Part shown: piece by piece, positions 28,124 through 39,189 of the stretch
Position numbering within the stretch: the stretch's first letter is position 1
How the letters are laid out: every line of letters starts with the position of its first letter
Source: Blastocatellia bacterium
Lineage (GTDB): Bacteria > Acidobacteriota > Blastocatellia > UBA7656
Direction: 5' to 3'
Length of the DNA: 64,000 bases
Assembly (NCBI GenBank): GCA_963765495.1
Contig: CAVXWP010000004.1
Span: forward strand, 128,001-192,000
Made by a program: the position numbers and the translations under genes
The notes under the pieces: model-generated
Databases searched by the model: none
What the model was told of the DNA's origin: nothing
The model's input: only the letters and a program-made list of their open reading frames with translations

Positions 28124-29011
28124 TCAATTCTGTCTCGAATTTACCCACGCCGTGTACCACAGATTTGCAAGCATTTGCGACCCGGCTGCGAGCCGTCGGG
28201 CGACAAATTGTTTCGAGGCCGGATTCGCATTCGATGCATCCCACCGCGCCGTCTTGTCCATGCGGTAGAGGTCTTCTACCTGTCCGTAGGATTCGAAGAG
28301 AAATTTCATAATGTCTGAGAAAGGGTCATCAAGTTTCTCGGCGGTTTTGACAAGCTGGCTAAAATCCTCAGGCTTGATCTTCGCCTTTACATACTCGCCC
28401 TCGAAGCGCCAGTGCAACGGCTCGCGTGTGTAGAGGTCGGGGTTTGCGCTCGTGCTCCACCCGTTGTAATGGATCGTCGTATGAAGCGGCTGCGACCCGT
28501 CGGCTACGTAATGCCCCATCACGCCCCCGTAGTAGATGATGTTTTGCTCTATTTGATTTCGCTCCGCCGCGTTCTGAGGATCGCGCCATAATCGAAACAG
28601 CACCTGTAGCTTCTCGTAATTTTCGAGAATAGAATACGGAAGAAAGCCTATGTCTTTCGGGTCTTTCCCACCCGCTCGCAACCATTCGCCGTAGCGGTAG
28701 CGGTCATTTGGCAGAGCCTCGAAATTTTCCGGCTTGTCTATGTCTATAAAGTGATCCGGCCCGTTTACTTCCCTGAGCGCGCTGTATAGCTCTTTCGAAT
28801 CGCGCCAGCGATCAGGTTCAGGCCCGAGGAATGAGAGACGGTCGGCAGCATCTCTGAAAAAAACCGGCATATCCGAAGGCAGGTGCTCGGCGGCAACTCT
28901 GTTGACATAGCGATGCCCCTCATCCCCCCACGCCTTAACCGAGGGCAAAAACAGGGGCGCAAGGCCCAGTATCAGTACGATTGAAACCATGAGTATTCTT
29001 CTGCTTTTCAA
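28124..29011 (-). CDS. S1/P1 nuclease / Zn-dependent phospholipase C-like secreted protein
   Basis: Signal peptide then WGDEGH; PD.WR, HFID, H...D..QPLH, H..FE; TTG start at 29011 with GAGGAG RBS. Confidence 0.85.
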   Translation of the reverse strand: MKSRRILMVSIVLILGLAPLFLPSVKAWGDEGHRYVNRVAAEHLPSDMPVFFRDAADRLSFLGPEPDRWRDSKELYSALREVNGPDHFIDIDKPENFEALPNDRYRYGEWLRAGGKDPKDIGFLPYSILENYEKLQVLFRLWRDPQNAAERNQIEQNIIYYGGVMGHYVADGSQPLHTTIHYNGWSTSANPDLYTREPLHWRFEGEYVKAKIKPEDFSQLVKTAEKLDDPFSDIMKFLFESYGQVEDLYRMDKTARWDASNANPASKQFVARRLAAGSQMLANLWYTAWVNSRQN

Positions 29012-29072
29012 TTGTTCTCTCCTCGTCTGATTTTGATTGCGGTGGGTTTTCAAATGCTGATCGGTTGGGTAT

Positions 29073-30500
29073 TCAATCTTCGTCGTGCTCGTTGCCGTCA
29101 AAGTGCATCACGAGCGGCTCATCATCGACTACAGTCTCCAGATGCACATCTCGCCCCCAGAGATTATGGACATATTCGAGCGTTTTGCGCGCATATTTCA
29201 TGTCGAGTTCTACCCCTTCGTAGCGGTGCATAAGGTAAAGCTCTCGATTGCCGTCGTAATCGCCGTCGGTCACTTCGATGTAGGGAAATCCGAAATTCGT
29301 CATGTTGGCAACAAGCTGATCGCGCACCCTCTCCCAGTTCTTTTCGGTAACGGTCCATTCCTCGTCGTCAACTAGCTGGTAGACAAACAGATCAAGCTCT
29401 TCGCAAAGCTCTTCGGTCAGATAATTGCGCAGAAATGAAATATCGTTATCCAGTTCGCGCACTTCCATAATCTTTTCGCGGCCCTCGCCTCCGCGTCTTC
29501 CGAAGAGTTTCCGTTCGTCTTCGCTTGGATTATCCCATCGTTTCTCGATGTCTTCGAATATCTTGAATCCCAGATAGTAAGGATTTAACTGCCCCTTGTG
29601 CGGAGAGACTACCCCCGCGTGCAATTCGGCAAACTCGATATAGTCCTTCGTATCAAGATTCATCTCTCGCATGATGCGCGCGTGTGTGAGCGAAGCCCAT
29701 CCCTCGTTCATGATCTTTGTCTGCATCTGCGGGATGAAGTATTCCATCTCTTCGTGAATCATCGCTATGATGTCGCGCTGCCAGTCTTCGAGCGCGGGCG
29801 AATTCTTCATGATGAAGTACATTATGTCTTTTTCGGGCGCGTCAAGGCTCGATTTATGCCGGTTGTCATCATCTTCGTCCGTTGTGCCGGTATCGTTCAC
29901 ACAAAGCTCGTCTTCGGTCATCAGGTCGTCGTAGCGCCCTTCCCGCCTCTTCGTCTTCTTTTCCGATTCGTTCTTTTCTCTTGTCTCTTTCTTGATAAAG
30001 AAATTCGGGTCCACGTGCTCTTCTATCGCGAGCACGGCATCGAGAAAATCTTCCACGACCTTGCGGCCGTACTTGAATTCGTACTCGTTCATACGGCGCG
30101 CGTGCATGGCCGCTCCGTCTACCATGCGGCGATTTGTTCGGGAAAAGTAGACGTTGTTTTTGAAAAAGTCTACGTGGCCTAAAACGTGCGCAATCACAAG
30201 TTTGTTTTGAATAGGCGAGTTGGTTTCAAGCAGAAAGGCATAAGACGGGTTGGAATTGATGACGACTTCGTAAATCTTCGAAAGCCCGAAATCATACATC
30301 ATCTTCATCCGGTGATAGGCCTTACCGAAAGTCCAGTGCGAGTATCGCCCCGGCAACGCGTATGACCCTATCTCGTACATCACGGTGGCAGGCACTATCT
30401 CGAAATGGACGGGAAACGGATCAAGCCCAAGCGTGCCGGTCGCAATCTCCAGGATCTGCGCCATAGCCTCTTCCAGTTCTCTGACCTCTTTATCAACCAT
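29073..30500 (-). CDS. spoVR: SpoVR family protein
   Basis: [43 protein letters not shown]. Confidence 0.95.
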   Translation of the reverse strand: MVDKEVRELEEAMAQILEIATGTLGLDPFPVHFEIVPATVMYEIGSYALPGRYSHWTFGKAYHRMKMMYDFGLSKIYEVVINSNPSYAFLLETNSPIQNKLVIAHVLGHVDFFKNNVYFSRTNRRMVDGAAMHARRMNEYEFKYGRKVVEDFLDAVLAIEEHVDPNFFIKKETREKNESEKKTKRREGRYDDLMTEDELCVNDTGTTDEDDDNRHKSSLDAPEKDIMYFIMKNSPALEDWQRDIIAMIHEEMEYFIPQMQTKIMNEGWASLTHARIMREMNLDTKDYIEFAELHAGVVSPHKGQLNPYYLGFKIFEDIEKRWDNPSEDERKLFGRRGGEGREKIMEVRELDNDISFLRNYLTEELCEELDLFVYQLVDDEEWTVTEKNWERVRDQLVANMTNFGFPYIEVTDGDYDGNRELYLMHRYEGVELDMKYARKTLEYVHNLWGRDVHLETVVDDEPLVMHFDGNEHDED

Positions 30501-30520
30501 AGTTCTTAGCCGCAAACCCT

Positions 30521-31678
30521 TCAGGCTTCATCCCCGCGTTTGCCAAAAAACTCTTTGAGCGCCGGATAGACATCTTCCTTATCATCGATGCGGACGCCCA
30601 CGAATCTCTCCTGATATTGCAACCTGTCTTTGAAGATTGAAAGCAGCGCGCCAGACGAACGGCGATAACTCGACGCGCCCTCTTCGCCGATCTCGCCGTA
30701 GCCAAACAGGTTGCAGGTATTGATCAATTCATCGGCCAGCTTGACCGCCTCGTCGTTATCCGAGTAATAGTTGTCGCCGTCTGAGAAATGGAACGGATAG
30801 ATGTTCCAATCATTTGGACGGAACCGCTCGCCGATTATATCGAGCGCAAGCTTGTAAGCAGAGGAAACCACGGTTCCGCCCGACTCCCCCTGCGTGAAGA
30901 ACTGTTCTTCGGTGACCTCTTTCGCTTCGGTGTGATGACTGATAAAGACTATCTTGACGTGATCGTATTTGGTCTTGAGAAATCGCACCATCCAGAAGTA
31001 AAACGACCGCGCGATGTACTTTTTAAACTCCCCCATGCTCCCCGACACATCCATCATTGCGATGACTACGGCGTTGGATTCGTATGTGATCTGCTCTTCC
31101 CATGTCTTGTAGCGAAGGTCTTCTTTTTTGAAGGGGCCTATTCGGGCCGCGCCGGTTTCGCGGGCCTGCCGCTTTATGTTTTCGAATATGCTGCGGCGCT
31201 TGTCGAGGTTTGCCATTATCCCTGAACGGCGAATCTCCGTAAATTTCGTGGTCTTTGACTGGACAGCCTGTTTGGCTTTTTCTTCGAGGTACGGTAGCCT
31301 GAGGTCTTCAAAAATCAGCTTGGCGATTTCGTCTATGTCCACTTCCGCTTCGTAATATTCATTTCCGGGCTGATCGCCGCCGCCCGGCCCAGGCCCCGCG
31401 CCACCCTGCCCCTCGCGGGCTATCACATCGCCTACTTTTGTGTTGCCGTCGCCCGTGCCTACCTGTTTCTTCTTGCGATAATCGAAACGAAACTTGTACT
31501 CGTCAAGCGACCGGATCGGCACTTTGACCACGCGCTTTCCATCCGACAGGATGATCGATTCATTCGAGACGATGGAACCGAGATTCTTCTTTATCGCCTC
31601 GCGCACCCTGTCCTTGTGACGCTCCTGATCTATCTGTCCCTTGCGTTGTAACGACCAGTCATTTCGTTGTACTGACAT
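30521..31678 (-). CDS. yhbH: YhbH/YeaH (UPF0229) vWA-like protein
   Basis: D..RH...[31 protein letters not shown]. Confidence 0.95.
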   Translation of the reverse strand: MSVQRNDWSLQRKGQIDQERHKDRVREAIKKNLGSIVSNESIILSDGKRVVKVPIRSLDEYKFRFDYRKKKQVGTGDGNTKVGDVIAREGQGGAGPGPGGGDQPGNEYYEAEVDIDEIAKLIFEDLRLPYLEEKAKQAVQSKTTKFTEIRRSGIMANLDKRRSIFENIKRQARETGAARIGPFKKEDLRYKTWEEQITYESNAVVIAMMDVSGSMGEFKKYIARSFYFWMVRFLKTKYDHVKIVFISHHTEAKEVTEEQFFTQGESGGTVVSSAYKLALDIIGERFRPNDWNIYPFHFSDGDNYYSDNDEAVKLADELINTCNLFGYGEIGEEGASSYRRSSGALLSIFKDRLQYQERFVGVRIDDKEDVYPALKEFFGKRGDEA

Positions 31679-31767
31679 AATTCGCTTTCCAGAAAATTAG
31701 GCCCGCACCTCCTGGCAGAGCGTGCGGGCGTGACCGGAAATATTTTGCTTTCGGCGCGCCCGCACAC

Positions 31768-33693
31768 CTAGCGCGACAACAGCGTGCCGACGTAAGTGAG
31801 CAATTCGTTTGCGCACACCGTGCAGTAACCATGCTCGGTTACCAGCCGGTCTATCACTTCGTTTATGCGCCGCAACTGATCGGCATCCGGCGTCTTTGCC
31901 GAAGTAGTGATCTTCACAACGTCCTTGAGGTCCGAAAATATCTTCTTCTCGATAGCCTCTTTTAACCGCTCGTGCGAGCGATACTCGAACGCCTTGCCCT
32001 TGCGGGCATAGCTGGAAATCCTTATAAGAATCTCCTGCCTGAAGGTGTTCTTGGCGTTTTCGCTTATGCCGATCTGCTCTTCGATTGAACGCATGAGTTT
32101 CTCGTCAGGTTCAAGCTCTTCTTCGGTGATCGGGTCTTTCAGCTTCTCCTTGTTGCAATAGGCTTCGACATTATCGAGATAATTGTCGCAAATGCCTTTG
32201 GCCATCTCTTCAAATGAATAGACGAATGCGCGCTGGACCTCGTTTTTGGCGATGTCGTCGTATTCGCGCCGTGCCACCGAAACAAGATTCAGATAATGCT
32301 CTCGCTGCTCGCCCGATATTCCGGTGTGCTGCTCGAAGCCGTCCTTGATCGCCCTCAGAGCGTCAATCGGATTGATGCAGAGGATGTTGTCGCGCACGAG
32401 CGCGCTCGAAAGCCGGTTGATGACATAGCGAGGGCTGATGCCGTCCATCCCTTCGCGCTGCGCCTCTTCCTGAAGCTCGCGCACATCCTTCGACTTGAAG
32501 CCTTCCACATCTTCGCCGTCATAAAGCTTCATCTTCTTGACTATGTCGATGCTCGCTCGTTTAGGCTCTTCAAGCCTCGTCATCACCGCAAACATCGCGG
32601 CGACTTTCAGTGTGTTCGGCGCGATGTGCACGTTGCGCAGAGCTTCGGATTGCTTGAGCAGTTTGTCATAGATGCGTTCCTCCTGAGAGACCTTCAGGTT
32701 GTAAGGAACCTTTATCATGATTATGCGGTCCTGTAGAGCTTCGCTCTTGCGATTGGCCACAAACGACGAGTATTCGTTCTCGTTTGTGTGCGACAGTATC
32801 GCTTCATCCGCATAGATCATGGCGAAACGCCCGGTCTTGATATTCTGCTCCTGGCTGAGGGTCAGCAGGCTGTAGAGGAATTTTTCATCCACCTTCAACA
32901 TCTCGACAAATTCCATCAACCCGCGATTGGCGATGTTCAATTCGCCGTCGAAGCGATAGGCGCGAGGGTCGGATTCGACCCCGACTTCGCCGATTGTCGA
33001 AAGATCTATCGAGCCGGTGAGTTCGGTGATGTCCTGGCTCTTTGGATCAGACGGGGCAAAGGTCCCGATCCCTATACGGTCTTTTTCGGAGAATACTATG
33101 CGATGGACCAGCACATCTTCGTGGCGTCCGCGATAGACATGCTCAAGGTTATAGCGGCACTGCGGGCAAAGCTCGCCCTCGATATACATTCCGTAATGGC
33201 GCGCGATCTCGGGGCGCAATTCGGGCGGGATCAAATGAAGCGGTTCTTCGTGCATGGGGCAGTCTTTTATAGAGTAGACCGCTCCGTCATCGGTTCTGGA
33301 CCACTTCTCAAAGCCGCGCTTGAGCATCGTGACTATGGTGGATTTGCCGCCGCCTACAGGCCCCATCAAAAGCAGGATTCGTTTGCGAACTTCGAGCCGC
33401 TGCCCGGCGGACTTGAAGTATTCGACTATCTTTGAGATCGGCCCCTCGATCCCGAATAATTCGTTGCTGAAGAAATTATATTTGGTGATCTCGTCGCGCG
33501 ATCCTTCGTTAATCTTCTCGACACCGGCATCCAGTACCATGTCACAGATGCGGGCGTGCGAAAGTTTTGATACGTTTGGATTTTGAAGGACTAGTTCGAA
33601 ATAATCCCTGAATGTTCCCTCCCAGGCCAATCGCTCGCGGTCGCGGCGATGTGACTCCAGAAGGTCGCTTATATTAAATTTGCTTTCTTCCAT
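31768..33693 (-). CDS. prkA: PrkA/YeaG family AAA+ serine kinase/ATPase
   Basis: GPVGGGKS, CPMHEEPL, DPRAY.FDGELN.ANRG..EF.EMLK; start placed at ATG 33693 (GGAGGT RBS). Confidence 0.95.
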   Translation of the reverse strand: MEESKFNISDLLESHRRDRERLAWEGTFRDYFELVLQNPNVSKLSHARICDMVLDAGVEKINEGSRDEITKYNFFSNELFGIEGPISKIVEYFKSAGQRLEVRKRILLLMGPVGGGKSTIVTMLKRGFEKWSRTDDGAVYSIKDCPMHEEPLHLIPPELRPEIARHYGMYIEGELCPQCRYNLEHVYRGRHEDVLVHRIVFSEKDRIGIGTFAPSDPKSQDITELTGSIDLSTIGEVGVESDPRAYRFDGELNIANRGLMEFVEMLKVDEKFLYSLLTLSQEQNIKTGRFAMIYADEAILSHTNENEYSSFVANRKSEALQDRIIMIKVPYNLKVSQEERIYDKLLKQSEALRNVHIAPNTLKVAAMFAVMTRLEEPKRASIDIVKKMKLYDGEDVEGFKSKDVRELQEEAQREGMDGISPRYVINRLSSALVRDNILCINPIDALRAIKDGFEQHTGISGEQREHYLNLVSVARREYDDIAKNEVQRAFVYSFEEMAKGICDNYLDNVEAYCNKEKLKDPITEEELEPDEKLMRSIEEQIGISENAKNTFRQEILIRISSYARKGKAFEYRSHERLKEAIEKKIFSDLKDVVKITTSAKTPDADQLRRINEVIDRLVTEHGYCTVCANELLTYVGTLLSR

Positions 33694-34023
33694 CTGGTAC
33701 CTCCGAATCCCACATGGGAAGATCGAGAACAGACACTTTCCTGCTGCGTCTGAAAGCGCCGACCATAAAGGCCGGCAGAGCATCACCCGTGGGCCAGTTT
33801 TGAAGCCCCTCCCTGAGCGGGAGACAAACGGCTTCGCCACTATAAACTGCGAGAGTTAGGACGACACTCAGTCTACGCCCTTTCGGACTCACAGTCGGAG
33901 GTCCGGGTCCGGCTGCTCATGGCTCGACTGGATGCACGCTCAACCTCTTGTTTCTGAAGCGAAGCATCTTGTCAAACTAGCTCAAGCTCAATCATCAATT
34001 GTTATGGCTTCCAACTGCTATGC

Positions 34024-34032
34024 ATTATAGCA
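34024..34032 (-). promoter_or_regulatory. Putative extended -10 promoter (TGcTATAAT) for the prkA operon
   Basis: Exact TGnTATAAT on the minus strand, ~330 nt upstream of prkA. Confidence 0.5.
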
Positions 34033-34084
34033 CAGCATTGCAAGCACCCGGGCGTGAAGTCAAAACCCCAAGTGATTTAAGCAT

Positions 34085-35014
34085 TTAGGGGTCTATATCA
34101 AGCACCACTTTCGGCCTCACCACCCTCATCTCCTCATCATAAAGGCCAAGCCCAACCAGTGCGCCCCGCTCATCACACAGGCGTATGGATTGCCCCCAAT
34201 CACCGGGCGCGTCTGTCAAAGACAACTCGATAGCGCGGCCTGTGACCACTCTCTTCAACTCTTCCCCGTCAAGCTCTACGCGGGGCAGATGGGTGAGCAT
34301 ATCAGCCGGGCTGATCAGGCTATCCTGTATCGTCCGGTCGCGGCCACGGGTCTCGACTTCTTCCAGAGTCAATGCCCGCGCCAGATCGAAATGGCCCACT
34401 GCCGTGCGACGGAGAGCGCATAGATGAGCGCCTGCGCCGAGCCTTTCGCCGATGTCGTTGGCAAGCGTACGGATATAAGTACCCGAAGAGCAACGAACCC
34501 GCATCACAAAATCTTTTGTTCCATCCGGGTTCAACCTGAGCGGCTCGGCGGATTCGGCCATCTCAATCGAGTAGATGTTTATCTCAATCATCTGTCGTTC
34601 GACTTCCCGGCCTTCGCGGGCCGCCCGATACAGCCTCTCGCCAGCGACTTTCTTGGCCGAATACATCGGCGGCAGTTGCAAGCTCCGGCCTGAAAATTCG
34701 CTCAAGACCCCGCGCACCTCTTCTTCGCTCAAGTTGTTCGATGATGCGAGAGGCGTGATCTGTTTGCCGGTCAGGTCCTGCGTGTCGGTGGCAAACCCTA
34801 GCCTGACGGTTGCGGTGTACTGTTTGTCGAGACCTGCAAGAAATTGAACGAGCCGGGTGGCGCGTCCCAGACAGACGACGAGCACACCTGTCGCAAAGGG
34901 GTCGAGCGTGCCCGCATGACCTACGCGCCGTGTGCCGCAAGCCTTCCGCACTCGCGCCACAGCGGTGTGTGAGGTAATGCCTTCCGGCTTATCAACTGTT
35001 AAAGCGCCTAGCAT
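34085..35014 (-). CDS. truB: tRNA pseudouridine(55) synthase
   Basis: DKP.G.TSH, GHAGTLDP.ATGVL, PPMYSA.K..G..LY, CSSGTYIR; an alternative start at 35080 is possible. Confidence 0.96.
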   Translation of the reverse strand: MLGALTVDKPEGITSHTAVARVRKACGTRRVGHAGTLDPFATGVLVVCLGRATRLVQFLAGLDKQYTATVRLGFATDTQDLTGKQITPLASSNNLSEEEVRGVLSEFSGRSLQLPPMYSAKKVAGERLYRAAREGREVERQMIEINIYSIEMAESAEPLRLNPDGTKDFVMRVRCSSGTYIRTLANDIGERLGAGAHLCALRRTAVGHFDLARALTLEEVETRGRDRTIQDSLISPADMLTHLPRVELDGEELKRVVTGRAIELSLTDAPGDWGQSIRLCDERGALVGLGLYDEEMRVVRPKVVLDIDP

Positions 35015-35138
35015 GACGGGATTTGAGATTTGAGATCCGAAATCTGAGATTCTCCGACTCAGATCAGGTCTGGTTTCCATTTGAATAGTTGGGACAGACG
35101 GTCCATTTGACTATATGTCGAGCCAGACACATTTGCGG

Positions 35139-37262
35139 TTACTGGCTCTCTAACTTCTCTTTTAATCCTGTGAGCGACCCGTTGAGCTTTTTATAAAGCG
35201 ATTCGATTTGCGCCCGGCGCACCGACTCGGTCGGAGAACCGGGTTCAAAGCTGGCTATATAAAAATCGAGTGCGCGTTTCTCATCGCCCACCTGTTCGGT
35301 GGCTACGGCCAGATGCCAGAGTGCCGTTTTTCGCTCCAGATTATCGGGGTAGACCTGAACCGCTTTTGCCAGAGTTTCGAGCGCCGCTCGCGTATCGCCC
35401 TTCTTGAAGAGTATCCACCCCAGCGCATCATATGCCCGGCCAAGAAATACATCCCGGCGGCCTTGACGATCAAGCAGAGGCGCGTCGCGCATAGACCCGT
35501 CAGGCTCGGTAGCCGAATCGGCCATCTCTATGGCTCTTCTTGAAAGCTGTTCGGCGGCATCGAGCGCGACCTCAAGTTCGGTGAGCTTGCGCGCAGCGAC
35601 TATCATGCGAAATGCCTGACGACCATCATCGAGAGTTGTGAAGGTCTTGACCGCCTTGATCAAATCGGCAGCGCCGGGCAGACTCGAATCCGCCCCGGCC
35701 GACAGTTCGTTTGAATTAATCGGGGGGCTGGCCCGTCGCGGGCGAGTGGCGTTTTTGAGCGAATCATCCGCCTGCTTTCCTCCTCCTCTAGCCCCCCTGC
35801 GCCCCGTGGAAGCGGCAGGTTTGCGCGCTTTAGCCATTACATTTGCGTAATGATCCATACGCGCCAGCGCCTCGGCCAGCCGATACTGCATAGTAGTTGT
35901 CGGATAATCGTTTGAGAAAAGCGCCGCCTTGCGCTCGCGTTCAAGCAGCAAATCCAAACTGGGCGACCTCGCCTTCACCACTCCGCCAAGCAAGGTCTCG
36001 AACTCGCCTTCATCAGAGATTGTGAAATTCTGCTTTATCACATCGAGAGCCTGATCATAACCGTCAAGCGTCATCAAGGCTTTTACAAGCTCGAACTTGA
36101 GAGTCGCAAAACCCGCGAGCGTCTGTGCCTGAATGATCGTTGCAAGCGCATCGCCGTATTTGCCTTCGACCGCGTCAATGTTGGCTTTGGCGATAAAAGT
36201 CCACGCATAGCGAGGCTCTATGTGAGCGGCGCGCTCCATATAGGGGCGGGCGACGAGCGGCTTTCTCCGATTCGTGTAAAAGAAGGCAAGCTGCGTCATC
36301 AGGCGATAATCTTCCGGCGCAAGCTCGGCTGCGCGCTTGATCTCCGCATCGGCCTCTTCGTTGCGGCCAAGAGCAAGCAGCGACAAGGCCAGCCCGCCGT
36401 GCGCCTCCGCATCATCCGGTTTGAGCGCTATCTGTTTATTGTAATAGGTGATTGCCCGCTTGTGATCGCCCCCGGCGCGAGCCAGATTGGCAAGGTTCAG
36501 ATTGGCGAATTCGTCAGCCGGGTCTATTTCAAGCGCCCGCTCGAATTCCGACATCGCCTCTTCCAGTCGCAGGTTTATCAGATAAGCGCTGCCCAGCCCG
36601 TTGTGGGCCCGGTGATTATCGGGAGCGATTGCCACGGCATGCTCCAGCACGCGGACTGCTTCAATGGGGGCTTCGATCTGGACGTAGAAGAAACCAATCT
36701 GCACCAGCCGATTCGGGTCTCGTTCGAACCGGCTCTCAAAGGATTGCATCAGTTCTACGGATTCGACTCGATAACCGAACGCGCTCATCGCAAGCGGCAG
36801 GGGGAAGATAAATTGTCCGAAGACACGGTCGTTGATTTCGGCAGGCGCGTTGTTGAATACGGCCTTGAAATCGCGCATGGCCGGTTGCGGGTTGCCTTCT
36901 CTCAAATGCTGCTCGCCCCTGAGCGCATATTCCCTCATCAGCAGGTCGCGCGCCTGTTTTTCAAGCCCCGCGTCTCGATGAGCGGCGACAAATCTTTCGA
37001 GCAGTTTTATGCGTTCATCCTGCGTGGCAGCCGAACGGGCGCGCTCAAATGCTTCGCCGGGCGATTCCGAAGCAGCTTCGCTCGAAGCCGGGGCGGGCCT
37101 GTTTGGTGCTTTTCCGCCTTTTCTGCCTTTTTGAACCATCGAACCTGCCGACATCCCGTCAATCGAAATCGCCAGAACCAGCAGGGCCGGAAGCAGACAC
37201 CTACGCGACAGAAGCATAAAGCTTCCGGCAGTATTAATACATAATCCCTTGATCGTGTTCAT
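35139..37262 (-). CDS. Exported tetratricopeptide repeat protein
   Basis: N-terminal hydrophobic segment; multiple TPR units (A....P....AH..LG). Confidence 0.85.
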   Translation of the reverse strand: MNTIKGLCINTAGSFMLLSRRCLLPALLVLAISIDGMSAGSMVQKGRKGGKAPNRPAPASSEAASESPGEAFERARSAATQDERIKLLERFVAAHRDAGLEKQARDLLMREYALRGEQHLREGNPQPAMRDFKAVFNNAPAEINDRVFGQFIFPLPLAMSAFGYRVESVELMQSFESRFERDPNRLVQIGFFYVQIEAPIEAVRVLEHAVAIAPDNHRAHNGLGSAYLINLRLEEAMSEFERALEIDPADEFANLNLANLARAGGDHKRAITYYNKQIALKPDDAEAHGGLALSLLALGRNEEADAEIKRAAELAPEDYRLMTQLAFFYTNRRKPLVARPYMERAAHIEPRYAWTFIAKANIDAVEGKYGDALATIIQAQTLAGFATLKFELVKALMTLDGYDQALDVIKQNFTISDEGEFETLLGGVVKARSPSLDLLLERERKAALFSNDYPTTTMQYRLAEALARMDHYANVMAKARKPAASTGRRGARGGGKQADDSLKNATRPRRASPPINSNELSAGADSSLPGAADLIKAVKTFTTLDDGRQAFRMIVAARKLTELEVALDAAEQLSRRAIEMADSATEPDGSMRDAPLLDRQGRRDVFLGRAYDALGWILFKKGDTRAALETLAKAVQVYPDNLERKTALWHLAVATEQVGDEKRALDFYIASFEPGSPTESVRRAQIESLYKKLNGSLTGLKEKLESQ

Positions 37263-37336
37263 AAGAATGCAAATACTATAGCGGTTTTTGCTGGAATCTG
37301 CTACACGGAAGAGTAACCAGAGAAGCGTGTGGCGAT

Positions 37337-37446
37337 GGCTGATGCGTGATGCGTGATGCGTGACTTTGAGGAAGCCTGTTTGTTAATGACAGATTGCAAA
37401 TCAAGTAAATCACGCATCACGCATCACGCATCACGCATCACGAGCC
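37337..37446. repeat. Inverted heptamer tandem repeat element (TGATGCG)3 ... (TCACGCA)4
   Basis: Directly visible in the sequence. Confidence 0.9.
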
Positions 37447-39189
37447 CTACCGCCTGCCCGGAGCCGGGCGCTCCGGGCCCATCGCTTCGTTAAGCACGCG
37501 GCCGACTCGATTCGAGGGAGGCTCGATGCCGAGCAATGCCGCAATCGTAGGCGCAATGTCGGAGGGGGAGCATTCGCCGTAGTAGCGACCCGCGCGCATG
37601 CCAGGCCCGCTGATGATTACCGGGACGTGTGTGTCATAGTTGTAAGGCGAGCCGTGCGTGGTCGCTATATCTCCTTCAACGAAAAACATGAAGGGTCTGG
37701 TTACAATCCAGACGTCCCCTGACCGCTCTCGATTGAACCCGTTCATCACACGGCGAGCAATGGGAGTCCTTGGAACGCGGCCTTCAACCAGTTCGGTTCG
37801 AGTGAAGTAATTGACGATGCCGGGAACTTTTAGCGCCGCTTGCCCCGCTATGCGCTCGGCCTCCGCGGGATCGACTTTGCGTTTTTCCATCATCTCAGGG
37901 TCGAGATACAGTTGATCGTTGACAAATGCCTGTACCCACTTCTCTCCCCCGAAACGGGCTGCCAGAGCCTTATTCACGGCATCAATCAATTGCTCGGGCG
38001 AGATTCGCCCCGCATCAAAGCCGAGAGATTCGGCGCGCTCGGGCACCGGAGAGACACCATGATCTCCCGTCAGGAATACTATCGTGTTACCCTGACCTGC
38101 ACGCCGGTCGATATAGGTCAAAAGATCGGCGATTACGCGATCAAGCTGAATATATGTATCCATCACTTCAAGGCTGTCCGGCCCTTTGGTGTGGCCTACA
38201 AGATCGGGAGTCGAAAAACTCACGGACAATAAATCCGGGTATTGATCCGCGCCGAGAGATTCGGCTTCGACGGCAGCCTTTGCGAAATCCGCCAGATACT
38301 CGGAGGCGAAAGGCGTGAATTGAAAAGCGCCATAGAATTTCGGGCCGGGTTTGTCGGCTCCGCCGTTTATCGTGTAAGGAAACTTCTCGTCCGACGACGC
38401 TTTCGCATCAGACCTGCTGGCTGCCCCTGCCTCCTCGTAGGCTTCGGGTTTGAGCGCAAGGTTCCACTTCGCGCCAAAGTATTTATCAGGGCGATGCGAT
38501 TTATTGAACGCACCGACCCACGGGGGAAGCGCCTTGAAATAGTAATCGCTCGACATCATCGTGCCTGTCGAGGCATCAAACCAGTATGCGCCGTTGGGCC
38601 GTTGCCCGCCGGGAAACACGGCCGAGCGGTCTTTCAAAGAGAGAGTCACGACTTTTGATCGGAGGTTTGTGGCAAGCCGCATCTGATCGCCTATGGTAGT
38701 GCCTATGAGCGCGCGCGGGCTCGGAGCGCCTCCCCTCTCCGCCGGGCCGTGATCGGTAACCGCGTGCGCCTTATCGTCAGAGACTATCATTCGCGTCTTG
38801 CCCGTTTCACGGTCAAAGTACATGTTGCCGACGATGCCGTTTTCAGCCGGAATCGAACCTGTAAAGATTGCCGCGTGTCCCGGAGCCGTATATGTAGGCA
38901 CGTAATCATATTTTGCGTCGGTAAAGAAAGCACCTTCGCGCATAAGGCGGCGGAACCCGCCTTCGCCAAATGCCCCCGCGAAGCGTTCGAGGAAATCGTA
39001 TCGGAACTGGTCTACGATAATAGCCAGCACAAGACGAGGGCTCGCGTTGTTTCGATTCGCTCCGCGTCGAGGTGATGTCTGTTGCCTCTGAGCCGTCCCG
39101 GTCGCGGGAGAGAGAGAAGCAAACAAACAGGTGAGCAGAATTATCGCGCGCGTTTTTCCATATTTCTTTTGATTCATAATAGATTCCAC
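37447..39189 (-). CDS. Alkaline phosphatase family protein (PafA-like, Thr nucleophile)
   Basis: VDQFR, T.TAPGHA, D..GH..GP, T.DHG, THGS.Y.YDTHVP. Confidence 0.92.
   Translation of the reverse strand: MESIMNQKKYGKTRAIILLTCLFASLSPATGTAQRQQTSPRRGANRNNASPRLVLAIIVDQFRYDFLERFAGAFGEGGFRRLMREGAFFTDAKYDYVPTYTAPGHAAIFTGSIPAENGIVGNMYFDRETGKTRMIVSDDKAHAVTDHGPAERGGAPSPRALIGTTIGDQMRLATNLRSKVVTLSLKDRSAVFPGGQRPNGAYWFDASTGTMMSSDYYFKALPPWVGAFNKSHRPDKYFGAKWNLALKPEAYEEAGAASRSDAKASSDEKFPYTINGGADKPGPKFYGAFQFTPFASEYLADFAKAAVEAESLGADQYPDLLSVSFSTPDLVGHTKGPDSLEVMDTYIQLDRVIADLLTYIDRRAGQGNTIVFLTGDHGVSPVPERAESLGFDAGRISPEQLIDAVNKALAARFGGEKWVQAFVNDQLYLDPEMMEKRKVDPAEAERIAGQAALKVPGIVNYFTRTELVEGRVPRTPIARRVMNGFNRERSGDVWIVTRPFMFFVEGDIATTHGSPYNYDTHVPVIISGPGMRAGRYYGECSPSDIAPTIAALLGIEPPSNRVGRVLNEAMGPERPAPGRR

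Noticed and set aside
33694-33840. N-terminal extensions in the ORF track for prkA, and likewise cheA, nusB, mtnP, pfkB and the S1/P1 gene
   Set aside because: Downstream starts match family N-termini, and several have good RBSs; the extensions run through repeats or neighbouring genes
33780-33940. 6S RNA or c-di-AMP/c-di-GMP riboswitch call
   Set aside because: Only short scattered word matches; the expected consensus and gene context are absent, so it is kept as an unclassified structured leader
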